The notes under the pieces were generated by a model that was not told the origin of the DNA, did not search any database, and saw only the letters and a program-made list of their open reading frames with translations. Shown here piece by piece: positions 10,739-19,475 of a stretch of DNA of 34,234 nt (its first letter is position 1; every line of letters starts with the position of its first letter). Origin of the DNA: Thermoplasmatota archaeon (lineage in GTDB: Archaea > Thermoplasmatota > Poseidoniia > MGIII > CG-Epi1); the NCBI GenBank assembly GCA_036148495.1, contig JAYYHK010000048.1, positions 1 through 34,234 on the forward strand, in the 5' to 3' direction. Made by a program: the position numbers and the translations under genes.

Positions 10739-10760
10739 GGCGCTAATTTGGCGAGATATA

Positions 10761-12335
10761 ATGGAACCAATATCGCATGAGGGATTAGGCAGACTTCTAA
10801 ATTTAGATAGCAATCTGCAAACTCCACACATCGTATTCAGTCGAACAGAACTAAGTGAATCTGGTAATCTGGAGACTGGCGGTACCATAAAGATAGGTAA
10901 AGTATTTGATTTACCACCAAGTCCACTTGGATTAGATTCAGATAAACCACCATATTTGCAACTGTCAAAAGATATTGCAGTCATTGATAATGCATATTCA
11001 CTTCAACCTAAAAAGTTAGTAGAAATAGCCTCAACGTTCAGAAAAGAGGCAGGTTTTTCTAGATTAATTTATGCACCTGCAGTTGAACCTTCTCAAATGC
11101 CTATTCTAGCTTATTTAGGCGTAGATATTTTCGATGATTTAAATGTTGAATTACGTAGCTCGACTGGTTGGGTTTTGGAAAGCGGTGAATGGATTAAAAA
11201 TAATGGAAAGATTGATGATTTGTTTGCACACAATAAAGAAGAGTTAAATCGCTGGATTTTAAGAATTCGAAACGCGTTGTTGAATGGAAAATTAAGGGAA
11301 TTAGTAGAAGTGACAAGCCTTCACAATCCTCGAGTTTCGCAGATATTATACCATTCAACTCAGTTGTTGATTGATAAAGGAGCTAAAGTAAAATCAAACA
11401 TAAGATCAAATGATTTAAGTTTAAATCATCCTGCAATTGTTGATTTCCAGGATAGACTATCTAATTATGAGCCTCCAGCAAAGAATATGGTTTTGTTAAT
11501 ACTTCCATGTTCAGCAAGAAAACCATATTTCAAGAGCAGCAGTCACAAACGATTTTTTAATGCGCTTCGTGAGGTGGATAACTATCTGGCATTACATGTT
11601 GTATCTGTTACGTCGCCATTAGGTTTAGTTCCAAGAGAATTAGAATTTTGTTATCCCGCAGCTCACTACGACATCGCAGTAACTGGAAAGTGGAGTGCTT
11701 CGGAAATTGAGATGCTCAGAAACCAGTTAATTAAGCTCAATCCCAAAGAGCATTATGCGAAGGCAATTGTTCATGCAGGTTCTTCATCTAAGATTATGAC
11801 TAATCTGATAAAAGAATTAGGAATTGAAGTAGTGGATACTAGAGTAGAGAAACCTTCTTCTTATGAAGGATTAGAAATTCTTCAAAACGTTGCAAGAATG
11901 TCACTAACAGGTATTCCATTGCTAAATACTAAAGACAGAGCTCACGGAGAAGCTAGAGGTTTAGCTAAATTTCAATATGGTGAAATGTCAGATTTTTTGA
12001 TTAAATCAGAAATAAGCGGACGCATGCCTTACAAATTACGCTGTGGCGATTTTGCTGCAATGTCTCCATTAGTCGGAGGCTTTGGTTTAACCTTGAATGG
12101 AGCAATAACATATGCGTCACAGGGAGGTCCAATTGTAGTTGCTGAAGATTTTAAGTTAATTGGAGATTTATTTGCAGTAGGTGTAAAATCTTACAAAGGC
12201 AACTGGAATATTGGAGATCAAGTGGTTATAAAGCAGAATGATGAAGTTACTGCAGTGGGAATTGCAAAAATGGTTCCAGAAGAAATGATTTCAATGAATA
12301 GAGGAGTTGCAGTAGAGGTTAGACATCATGTCTGA
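10761..12335 (+). CDS. arcS: Archaeosine synthase (TgtA2/ArcS-like) with a C-terminal PUA domain
   Basis: The ArcS signature PC-x3-KPY-x2-S-x2-H is present as LPCSARKPYFKSSSHKRF (nt 11505 onward). The C-terminal GDQVVIKQNDEVTAVGIAKM is PUA-like. The adjacent radical-SAM partner gene overlaps it. Confidence 0.8.
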   Translation: MEPISHEGLGRLLNLDSNLQTPHIVFSRTELSESGNLETGGTIKIGKVFDLPPSPLGLDSDKPPYLQLSKDIAVIDNAYSLQPKKLVEIASTFRKEAGFSRLIYAPAVEPSQMPILAYLGVDIFDDLNVELRSSTGWVLESGEWIKNNGKIDDLFAHNKEELNRWILRIRNALLNGKLRELVEVTSLHNPRVSQILYHSTQLLIDKGAKVKSNIRSNDLSLNHPAIVDFQDRLSNYEPPAKNMVLLILPCSARKPYFKSSSHKRFFNALREVDNYLALHVVSVTSPLGLVPRELEFCYPAAHYDIAVTGKWSASEIEMLRNQLIKLNPKEHYAKAIVHAGSSSKIMTNLIKELGIEVVDTRVEKPSSYEGLEILQNVARMSLTGIPLLNTKDRAHGEARGLAKFQYGEMSDFLIKSEISGRMPYKLRCGDFAAMSPLVGGFGLTLNGAITYASQGGPIVVAEDFKLIGDLFAVGVKSYKGNWNIGDQVVIKQNDEVTAVGIAKMVPEEMISMNRGVAVEVRHHV

Positions 12336-13380
12336 AGCCTTCGTTCCTTTGACTGATTTTGTTAACGAATCAAAATCAATACCAAGAGATCATCCCTTAG
12401 ATAAACCTGTAGCAAAATGGACCGAAGAAGAAGTCTTAAACGGAGAAATTGTAGAAGCTGGCGTAGTAATTTTGAGGACAAGAGGTTGTTATTGGTCAAT
12501 TAAAGAAGGTTGTTCAATGTGCGGTTATTTCAATGATACAGTCCCGGGAGGAGTTAGTGATGATATGCTTCGTGAGCAATGGAAGAGGGTCAGACCGATC
12601 TTAAAGGGAAAGAAATATGCTAAAATCTACACTTCAGGTTCATTTATAGATCCTACAGAAGTTCCATTTGAATTTGCAAATGAAGTTATGTCAGATTTAT
12701 CAGATATGGGAGTTGAAAAAGTTCTCATAGAATCACTACCCGAATTTGTAAATCCTAAGAATTTTAATTATGAAAAAGCTCCAAAATTAGAAATCGCCAT
12801 AGGATTAGAATCTTCAAATCCTGTAGTTTTAGACAAATCAGTTAACAAGCGATTACGCTGGCCACATTTTGTAAAAGTTTGTAAACTTGCTCGTGACAAC
12901 GGGGCTGAGGTCAAAGCGTATATTTTGCTTAAGCCTCCTTATCTTAGCGAGAAAGAAAGTATTGACGACGCAGTAAAGTCGGCAATTGATGCAGCCCCTC
13001 ATGTCGATAAAATTTCGATTAATCCTGTAAATGTTCAGAAAAACACTGTTGTTGAAAAATTATGGTTTAGAAATGAGTGGGTAGCTCCCTGGCTCTGGTC
13101 AGTAGTAGATGTTCTAAAAAAGTGTGAAGATTTACCAATTAGAGTCTATTCAGATCCAACTGGAGGTGGAACTCGAAGAGGTGCCCACAATTGCCATGAT
13201 TGCAACAAAAAAATATTGCAAGCGCTGAAAAATCATCGTTTAGGCTTAGGAGATTTGAAGGGATTACATTGTAATTGTAAATCTCGCTGGGATGTTTTGG
13301 TGCAACAATCTAACTTAAGGAGGAACGGGTCTGAACCACATGGTTATCGTAGCGGTTTTTCAGGCAGCAGGCATTTTTAA
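12328..13380 (+). CDS. raSEA: Radical SAM enzyme for archaeosine formation (RaSEA-like)
   Basis: ILRTRGCYWSIKEGCSMCGY cysteine cluster, a radical-SAM-like TIM-barrel pattern (IYTSGSF, IGLES), and a C-terminal CHDC...CNC cluster. It overlaps arcS by 8 nt (ATGTCTGA). Confidence 0.7.
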   Translation: MSEAFVPLTDFVNESKSIPRDHPLDKPVAKWTEEEVLNGEIVEAGVVILRTRGCYWSIKEGCSMCGYFNDTVPGGVSDDMLREQWKRVRPILKGKKYAKIYTSGSFIDPTEVPFEFANEVMSDLSDMGVEKVLIESLPEFVNPKNFNYEKAPKLEIAIGLESSNPVVLDKSVNKRLRWPHFVKVCKLARDNGAEVKAYILLKPPYLSEKESIDDAVKSAIDAAPHVDKISINPVNVQKNTVVEKLWFRNEWVAPWLWSVVDVLKKCEDLPIRVYSDPTGGGTRRGAHNCHDCNKKILQALKNHRLGLGDLKGLHCNCKSRWDVLVQQSNLRRNGSEPHGYRSGFSGSRHF

Positions 13381-13403
13381 TGGGGCTAACATAGCTACTA
13401 ATA

Positions 13404-14096
13404 ATGGAAGAGATAAATTGGCTTAGAGTTTTTGCAGGTCTTTTACTTGTTTTATTCATTCCAGGTTACACATTAATTCAGGCTATGTTTCCTAGGAAAG
13501 GAGAATTAGATGAAGAATTTGACACACTATACAGAGTAACTTTAGGCATGGCTATGTCAATTTGTATAGTAATTTTAGTGGGATTTATTTTGGGAAATCC
13601 AGCCCTTGGAAACGCACCATCCTGGGGTAATTCTGACGATGAAAAAGGATATTTCCAAACTTTTTTTGTAACAACTGTCTTATTGATCTTATCAGCTATA
13701 TTTTTTGTTGCAGGTTGGTACAGAGGGGCGTATCCTTGGACAGCAAATATCCATCCAAATCTAGCGCGAGCTCCTCCTGGTATTCGCATCGAATCAGAAC
13801 TAGCAGTTGCGGGAAAATTCATACCAGCAGAATTAATTGAGCTTCAAGGACTTAAACACGATAGAGACAATGTTAAGCGAAAGCTTGCTGAGGTTGAATC
13901 TCGTAAAAGATCCGGCAGTTCAGTGATGAAAAAATATTATGAAAAAAAAGAAAAAACTCTTTTAGCAGATTTAGCAGATATAGACTCGAGAATGGCAGAT
14001 ATTGACCAACAGCTGAATCGACCAGGTGAAGGAGAAGGTTTGTCTGGAGATGTCGTTCTAGAAAATTCTTTAGAAACCGCTGATGAAGAGGAATAA
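13404..14096 (+). CDS. Archaeal membrane protein with a DUF1616-like N-terminus and a charged coiled-coil C-terminus
   Basis: LLLVLFIPGYTLIQAMFPRKGELD...RVTLGMAMS matches my recollection of the DUF1616 N-terminal pattern. It has three TM helices and then a K/E-rich helical tail. Confidence 0.5.
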   Translation: MEEINWLRVFAGLLLVLFIPGYTLIQAMFPRKGELDEEFDTLYRVTLGMAMSICIVILVGFILGNPALGNAPSWGNSDDEKGYFQTFFVTTVLLILSAIFFVAGWYRGAYPWTANIHPNLARAPPGIRIESELAVAGKFIPAELIELQGLKHDRDNVKRKLAEVESRKRSGSSVMKKYYEKKEKTLLADLADIDSRMADIDQQLNRPGEGEGLSGDVVLENSLETADEEE

Positions 14097-14098
14097 TT

Positions 14099-14452
14099 TT
14101 GGACTATAAACTTGTGATAGTAGTTCGGACAGATTTAGGCATATCTAAGGGAAAAATGGCCGCTCAAGTAGCACATGCAGCAGTTAATTGCTCACTTAAA
14201 GCGAAAAAATCAGATTCTTCAAATTTCAACAGATGGTATGCTGATGGCCAGAAAAAGGTAGTCGTTAAAGGAAGTAATGAATCTACTCTGAGGCAACTTC
14301 AGCAACATGCAAGAGATATTGGTTTGACTAATAGCTTAGTGAGCGATGCAGGTTTGACAGAGGTTCCTCCGGGAACTATAACCTGCTTGGGAGTCGGTCC
14401 AGCCAACGACTCGAAAATAGATGAAATAACTGGGAATTTATCTTTATTCTAA
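14099..14452 (+). CDS. pth2: Peptidyl-tRNA hydrolase, archaeal/eukaryotic type (Pth2)
   Basis: KLVIVVRTDLGISKGKMAAQVAHAAV and DAGLTEVPPGTITCLGVGP are Pth2 signatures. The protein is 117 aa. It has a TTG start 2 nt after the preceding stop. Confidence 0.88.
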   Translation: MDYKLVIVVRTDLGISKGKMAAQVAHAAVNCSLKAKKSDSSNFNRWYADGQKKVVVKGSNESTLRQLQQHARDIGLTNSLVSDAGLTEVPPGTITCLGVGPANDSKIDEITGNLSLF

Positions 14453-14462
14453 ACCCAACGCT

Positions 14463-14470
14463 TTATTTAT
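14463..14470 (+). promoter_or_regulatory. Candidate TATA box (leaderless spacing) for the zinc-ribbon gene
   Basis: tttattta, within ctttatttat, is centred about 24 nt upstream of the ATG at 14490. The same CTTTATTTA word recurs at 33361. Confidence 0.35.
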
Positions 14471-14489
14471 CACGCGTACATGGACACAC

Positions 14490-15161
14490 ATGGGCTGGTT
14501 TGGTAGAAAAAAAGAAGAAAAGAAAAAATTTGATTATTCAGATGAAACTAAAGAGCTTTTTGCAGAAAGAGACGCCTACTATGCTGAACAGCGTCGTAAA
14601 TTAGGCGGCGGCGATTCAAATCCAGAGTTAGCAAATCAAAAGCAAGAGACAGAGTCTCCTTCACGAAAAGAAGATTTAGATGATCTTCTAGGCGGTTCTG
14701 GTGATTTTAACCCTTACGTAAACAAAGATGCACCTACACCCTCAGCACCAAGCATCACACCTTCACAACCAACATCTTCGTCTTTAGCTTATTCATGTAT
14801 GTCTTGTGGAAAAGAATTTCAAGAAAAATGGGGTAAATGCCCTTCCTGTGGAGGAGATATGAAAAAGGCAGAGAGTCCATCTTCAGATTCTTCGCCATCT
14901 GCACCTATTCCTAACAACCCTACTCCCGTTTCTTCACCTTCAGACATTGGCGATCCTTTAGATGATCTTTTGGGAGACTTTAATTCAGCTAATGAAGAAG
15001 GTAGTAGTGATGATTCTTCAGAACAAGAACCAAGCAACATTAGAATGGTTAGTGATGATGATGGAGGCCTTTCAACAGATTTTGGAGCTCAACGTTCTAG
15101 CCATAGTAACCGTAGAAAAGTCCGTAAAGTTAGAAAAGTAAAAAGACCTCGCAATCCCTAA
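14490..15161 (+). CDS. Zinc-ribbon protein that is otherwise low-complexity/disordered and ends in a basic tail
   Basis: A single CxxC-x10-CxxC ribbon (CMSCGKEFQEKWGKCPSCGG). Long Ser/Pro/Asp-rich stretches. The motif LDDLLG..FN occurs twice. The C-terminus is RRKVRKVRKVKRPRNP. Confidence 0.6.
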   Translation: MGWFGRKKEEKKKFDYSDETKELFAERDAYYAEQRRKLGGGDSNPELANQKQETESPSRKEDLDDLLGGSGDFNPYVNKDAPTPSAPSITPSQPTSSSLAYSCMSCGKEFQEKWGKCPSCGGDMKKAESPSSDSSPSAPIPNNPTPVSSPSDIGDPLDDLLGDFNSANEEGSSDDSSEQEPSNIRMVSDDDGGLSTDFGAQRSSHSNRRKVRKVRKVKRPRNP

Positions 15162-15172
15162 CAGGAATTCAG

Positions 15173-16030
15173 ATGTCAGATTCTGATAAAATAGAAATAC
15201 CTGAGGCCGCTAAAGATGTAGGACTCGCACTAGGCAGTGTTCTTCTAGTTTTCTTAGTTACTTTTGCTTACAGCGGTAATTGGCCACCGATGGTAGTTAT
15301 TGAGTCAGGTTCAATGGAACATTCAGACAATCCATTGTATAAAGAACCAGGTTTTACACATATTGGAACAATTGACACGGGTGATTTAGTAGTAGTTAAA
15401 GAAGCTAAAAAATCAGATATTGTAACATATTTGCAAGGTAAAAAGACAGACTACAAAAAATATGGAGATTATGGGGATGTCATTGTTTATTACAAAAATG
15501 GAATAAAAGAAGTTGATGGTAGTCCTGTTACTCCAGTTATTCATAGAGCTATGGCTTGGGTAGAGGTTTTAGAGGAACCAAAAGATATGAATGGCGATAA
15601 TATAACGGATTATTATTACATTCCTGGAATAGACAGTTATTTTGGTCCAAAGATAGAATTCTCTGAAATAGGTCTCAGCGGAGGTGCACATTTGAAAGAT
15701 TTACAAAATTCAGGTTATATTACTAAAGGAGATTCTACAGGAAATCCTCACCCAGATCAGTTAACTCACAGAGACATTAACAATGATCCAGTTCAACCAG
15801 TAGACCCAGATTGGGTAGTTGGCATGGCAAGAGGTGAACTTCCTTGGTTTGGTTTAATTAAATTAAAAGTAACTCAACCTGATAACTACGACAAAGCACC
15901 CTCAGGTTGTAAATCAATGCTTTGGATTTCAGTGATAGTAATATTGGTGGGACCTTACTCAGTAGGTAAAGTATTAGAGGTACGAGATCAAAGAGCTAAA
16001 TTAGTTACTAAAGAGAAGAGTAAACGTTAA
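15173..16030 (+). CDS. Signal peptidase I, archaeal/ER Sec11 type (S26B)
   Basis: N-terminal TM helix, Ser box ESGSMEHS, His box PVIHRAM, the GD box YITKGDSTGNPHPDQ, and a C-terminal TM helix. Confidence 0.8.
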   Translation: MSDSDKIEIPEAAKDVGLALGSVLLVFLVTFAYSGNWPPMVVIESGSMEHSDNPLYKEPGFTHIGTIDTGDLVVVKEAKKSDIVTYLQGKKTDYKKYGDYGDVIVYYKNGIKEVDGSPVTPVIHRAMAWVEVLEEPKDMNGDNITDYYYIPGIDSYFGPKIEFSEIGLSGGAHLKDLQNSGYITKGDSTGNPHPDQLTHRDINNDPVQPVDPDWVVGMARGELPWFGLIKLKVTQPDNYDKAPSGCKSMLWISVIVILVGPYSVGKVLEVRDQRAKLVTKEKSKR

Positions 16031-16036
16031 TTATAA
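16027..16036 (+). promoter_or_regulatory. Candidate TATA box for proS (leaderless spacing)
   Basis: ttaattataa is centred about 26 nt upstream of the ATG at 16058 and overlaps the signal-peptidase stop. Confidence 0.35.
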
Positions 16037-16057
16037 CCAAGTAACAACTATTCTAGA

Positions 16058-17584
16058 ATGTCTAAATCACCAGCTGCAGCTAAACGCGGAATTCCCTCCA
16101 AGGAAAATTTCAAAGAATGGTATCCATTTATTGTTGAAGCTGCCGAGCTAGTTGACAAGAGATATCCAATCAAAGGAATGGATGTGTGGCGACCTTATGG
16201 TTGGAAAACCATGAGACTTATTGACAATTTAACACATGATGAAATGGAGAGGACAGATCATGAGGAAGTGAATTTCCCTCTATTGATTCCTGAAGATTTA
16301 TTAGATAAAGAAAATAAATTAGTTTCATTGCTTAAAAAGGCCAGAGAGGCAGGTGTCGATCCCTCAGAGTTAAGATTAGAGGACGATGTTGAAGGATTTG
16401 CTAAGGAAGTTTATTGGATTAGGCACGCAGGTGAGACCAAATTAGACAAGCCGATGTTTTTGAGACCAACAAGTGAAACGGCAATGTATACGATGTTTCC
16501 ATTGTGGATTCGTTCTCACGCAGATTTACCTCTAAAAACTTATCAAATTGTAAATACTTTCAGATATGAAACTAAGCAAACTAGATCATTCATCAGAGTT
16601 AGAGAAATTCATTTCTTTGAGGCACATACTGCGCACATTGACGAAGATGACGCTACAAGGCAAATTAATGAGGACTTAGAGATTGTAGAAAATTTAATGA
16701 ATGAATTAAATTTTCCAGTAATTATAACTAAAAGACCAGTTTGGGATACATTCCCCGGAGCTTGGTACACTATAGCTATTGATGTTATAATGCCAGACGG
16801 TAGAACATTACAGGTTGCTTCGGTTCACCATTACAGGGACCAATGGGCTAAAGCATTTGATGTGAAATATGAGGATGAATCAGGAGAGCAAAAATATGTT
16901 CACCAAACAACATATGGAATGTCAGAAAGATTGCTCGGTGCAACAGTAGCTACTCACGGCGATGATAAAGGATTGATTATGCCTCCTTCAATTGCACCAA
17001 TTCAAGTAATTATAGTCCCAATATTATCTAAAGAAGGTTCAGAAGAGATAATGGCCGTAGCCAACGAAATGGTTAAGACTTTAAGATCAGAAAAAATCAG
17101 AACTAAATTAGACGACAGAGACATCAGGCCAGGACAGAAATATTATGATTGGGAAATTAAAGGTGTTCCTCTTAGAATAGAATTAGGTCCTAGAGATTTA
17201 AAATCAAATTCATTCATGTGTGCTAGAAGAACAGGAGAAAAATCTAGCTACAGTTTAGATGAATTGGTAACCTCAGTTAGAGAAGAATTGAAATCAGTTG
17301 ATACCCACATGAAAGAGAGTGCTAAGAATCATTTTGATAATCGTATTAAGCAAATGCCATCTTTAGAAATAGTAGATTCACATCTTTCTCTTGATGAAAA
17401 TCTCGAGGAAGGTTTTGTCTATGAAATGGCCTTTGATGGGAATGATGCTGAAGCTGAAATGATAGAAAAGGAAACAGGATTTTCATTTTTAGGAGAATCT
17501 ACAACTCCATACGCTAATGAAAGAAAATGTGTAGTTTCAGGCAAGCCTACTCACAATAGAGTTTTCTTAGCTAAAACCTATTGA
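16058..17584 (+). CDS. proS: Prolyl-tRNA synthetase, archaeal/eukaryotic type
   Basis: Class II motifs (FLRPTSETAMYTMF; FRYETKQTRSFIRVREIHFFEAH; GMSERLLG), an anticodon-binding domain (IQVIIVPI), and a C-terminal extension ending in the conserved terminal Tyr (LAKTY). Confidence 0.93.
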   Translation: MSKSPAAAKRGIPSKENFKEWYPFIVEAAELVDKRYPIKGMDVWRPYGWKTMRLIDNLTHDEMERTDHEEVNFPLLIPEDLLDKENKLVSLLKKAREAGVDPSELRLEDDVEGFAKEVYWIRHAGETKLDKPMFLRPTSETAMYTMFPLWIRSHADLPLKTYQIVNTFRYETKQTRSFIRVREIHFFEAHTAHIDEDDATRQINEDLEIVENLMNELNFPVIITKRPVWDTFPGAWYTIAIDVIMPDGRTLQVASVHHYRDQWAKAFDVKYEDESGEQKYVHQTTYGMSERLLGATVATHGDDKGLIMPPSIAPIQVIIVPILSKEGSEEIMAVANEMVKTLRSEKIRTKLDDRDIRPGQKYYDWEIKGVPLRIELGPRDLKSNSFMCARRTGEKSSYSLDELVTSVREELKSVDTHMKESAKNHFDNRIKQMPSLEIVDSHLSLDENLEEGFVYEMAFDGNDAEAEMIEKETGFSFLGESTTPYANERKCVVSGKPTHNRVFLAKTY

Positions 17585-17613
17585 TCCTTCACAGTAGAGA
17601 TATCGAAGTTAGA

Positions 17614-17622
17614 CTTTATATA
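17614..17622 (+). promoter_or_regulatory. Candidate TATA box for the pilin-like gene
   Basis: ctttatata lies about 75 nt upstream of the ATG at 17695, implying a leader of about 45-50 nt. Confidence 0.25.
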
Positions 17623-17694
17623 CAGTCTGTGACCTGTTTATGTCCGACAGTAGAATCACTTGTGGTTCAAAACTGTCAGAAAGAGGACGCAACC

Positions 17695-18261
17695 ATGGAA
17701 CACAGAATAGAAAAAAACGATGAGGGAGTTTCCCCAGTTATTGCCGTTATTTTAATGGTGGCAATTACAGTTGTTTTGGCAGCTGTGCTGTACGTATGGG
17801 CAGCCAGTTTCTTAGAACAAGGAGAATCAGCCCCTATAGCCACTTTCTTTGTATCACAAGATAGTGCAAATATATATCACGTAGAAGTGATTAAAGTTAG
17901 CAAACAAGAAGACTTACTAGGATTTAGTTACTTCTTGAAAGACGGATCTGGATCGACATTTGTCGGTGGCAACGGCTTCGGTGAAGTTGCTATGCAATTC
18001 CAGGGCGGCGAAGAAATGGGTATAGATATGACCTATAGTGGAGATGATGAAGCATTAGAGAGCAGAGCAGCCAACGTCACAAACGACGACGGTAGTCAGT
18101 TCCCAGTTCACTTCTCTGACAACGACCGCGATGGCAAATTGTCATCTGGTGACCAATTCTTAGTGTACGGACCAGACCCTGGCCCAGCACAAGATGGTTG
18201 GAAACTAGATATCCAATTTGATGCAACCGGAGACATTATTGGCTCCGCTAAATTACTATAA
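17695..18261 (+). CDS. Archaeal type IV pilin-like protein (class III signal peptide, DUF1628-like)
   Basis: MEHRIEKNDEG|VSPVIAVILMVAITVVLAAVLYVWA is a typical archaeal prepilin N-terminus. DNDRDGKLSSGDQFLV is typical of this family. The start is placed at the internal ATG at 17695, because the upstream 38 codons of the tracked ORF (17581-17694) overlap the proS end and look non-coding. Confidence 0.7.
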   Translation: MEHRIEKNDEGVSPVIAVILMVAITVVLAAVLYVWAASFLEQGESAPIATFFVSQDSANIYHVEVIKVSKQEDLLGFSYFLKDGSGSTFVGGNGFGEVAMQFQGGEEMGIDMTYSGDDEALESRAANVTNDDGSQFPVHFSDNDRDGKLSSGDQFLVYGPDPGPAQDGWKLDIQFDATGDIIGSAKLL

Positions 18262-18290
18262 GTAGTTTAGACAGGAAATGTAGCGTTAGG

Positions 18291-18331
18291 TAGGGGAGTT
18301 GTTCCCCTATCTCTCGGTTACGACTTTTTTT
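18291..18331 (+). terminator. Hairpin plus T7 tract downstream of the pilin-like gene
   Basis: tagggga (18291-18297) pairs with tccccta (18303-18309) around a 5-nt loop. A T7 run follows at 18325-18331. Confidence 0.45.
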
Positions 18332-18357
18332 ACTTTAATTTCTTTACTAGCGAAGCT

Positions 18358-18372
18358 TTTATTTTATATATT
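18358..18372 (+). promoter_or_regulatory. Candidate TATA region for the esterase gene
   Basis: ttttattttatatatt lies about 30-40 nt upstream of the ATG at 18403. Confidence 0.3.
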
Positions 18373-18402
18373 AATCATAATGATTTGGAGTTAGTACAGA
18401 TA

Positions 18403-19470
18403 ATGAAGAAAATAACCTTAATTTTAATTACATTTATTTTAATTACAGGCGTTTCAGGATCTTATGGTTATTTTGTATACATTTATGATAATGATAGTTC
18501 AAGTTCTAAAGGTGCTATAGTTAGAGACGATATAGTAGAAGAAGAGCAATCTGAGGCTTCTCAGAATCAAACAGTAAGTAATGAAACGGAAGATCCTGAA
18601 GAAGAAAATTTACCTTTTGAGACGGTTGGAATATTTCGATGCATCGAAGTTGATTCAGAGCAAAGGTGTTGGCAAACACATGAACCCAGCGCCTCCATAC
18701 TAGGTTCTCCTGTTCCCTTAGTAATTGATTTACACGGTTACGGTTTTAATTCTACCGAGCATAGGAGGATTTCTGACTTTGATGTAATAACAAATGACGA
18801 AAACGCTGTCGTTCTATATCCAGAAGCTCTTGATTTTTCGTGGAACTCAGGCTGGTGTTGTGGTGAGTCAGCTAACCAGGAGCGTAATGATTTAGAATTT
18901 GTTATTGAGATGGTAGATATAGCGATTAATTTTCATAATATCGATTCTAAAAGAGTGTATGCTACAGGTTGGTCAAATGGATGCGCTATGGCTCAAGCTC
19001 TCGCCAACAAGGCAAGCCATATTTTCACAGCAATAGGGTGTATGTCATTCTATCTATTACAGTTACCTGATGACAATTACTCACCAATTCCTATCATTGA
19101 GCTTCATGGTGTCCGTGATTCAACTGTTCCGTATGCATTTGATGCCAGTGCTGGCCTAATTAATGGCCAAGTTCCATCGCTTCAAACTGCATCAGGAGCA
19201 ATTCAAAATTTGAATAATTGGAAGGATATGAATGGTTGCAATGGGCTAGTTCCCGACATAAACGAGCCAGGTACTTTATTCACCGTAGAAGGTTTTAGTG
19301 ATTGCACAAATAATGCTGAGGTCAGGTTAGTCACTTTGCATCTTCATGGGCATAACCCATACTCAGAAGATGCTAGACAGGAGAGTACTGGACTTTTCCT
19401 TCCAGCAAGCAGACTTCCTATCTCTACTTCCCAAATTGCTTGGGATTTTCTTAGTCAATTTTCTAAATAG
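18403..19470 (+). CDS. Secreted alpha/beta-hydrolase, PHB-depolymerase / feruloyl-esterase-like family
   Basis: Signal-anchor MKKITLILITFILITGVSG. LVIDLHGYG (oxyanion region). Nucleophile elbow GWSNG. Late HG..D and H residues. The start is placed at the ATG at 18403 rather than the TTG at 18385. Confidence 0.55.
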   Translation: MKKITLILITFILITGVSGSYGYFVYIYDNDSSSSKGAIVRDDIVEEEQSEASQNQTVSNETEDPEEENLPFETVGIFRCIEVDSEQRCWQTHEPSASILGSPVPLVIDLHGYGFNSTEHRRISDFDVITNDENAVVLYPEALDFSWNSGWCCGESANQERNDLEFVIEMVDIAINFHNIDSKRVYATGWSNGCAMAQALANKASHIFTAIGCMSFYLLQLPDDNYSPIPIIELHGVRDSTVPYAFDASAGLINGQVPSLQTASGAIQNLNNWKDMNGCNGLVPDINEPGTLFTVEGFSDCTNNAEVRLVTLHLHGHNPYSEDARQESTGLFLPASRLPISTSQIAWDFLSQFSK

Positions 19471-19475
19471 TTGTA

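Noticed and set aside
10603-10984. Antisense ORFs 10603-10827 and 10700-10984 spanning the stomatin/arcS junction
   Set aside because: They overlap two well-supported + strand genes and the promoter spacer. They have no motifs and an implausible Leu/Ser/Ile-rich composition.
17581-17694. N-terminal 38-codon extension of the pilin-like ORF (MILHSRDIEVRLYIQSVTCL...)
   Set aside because: It starts with a non-ATG codon overlapping the proS stop and contains the TATA-like ctttatata. It would also bury the class III signal peptide internally. The ATG at 17695 gives a canonical prepilin N-terminus.
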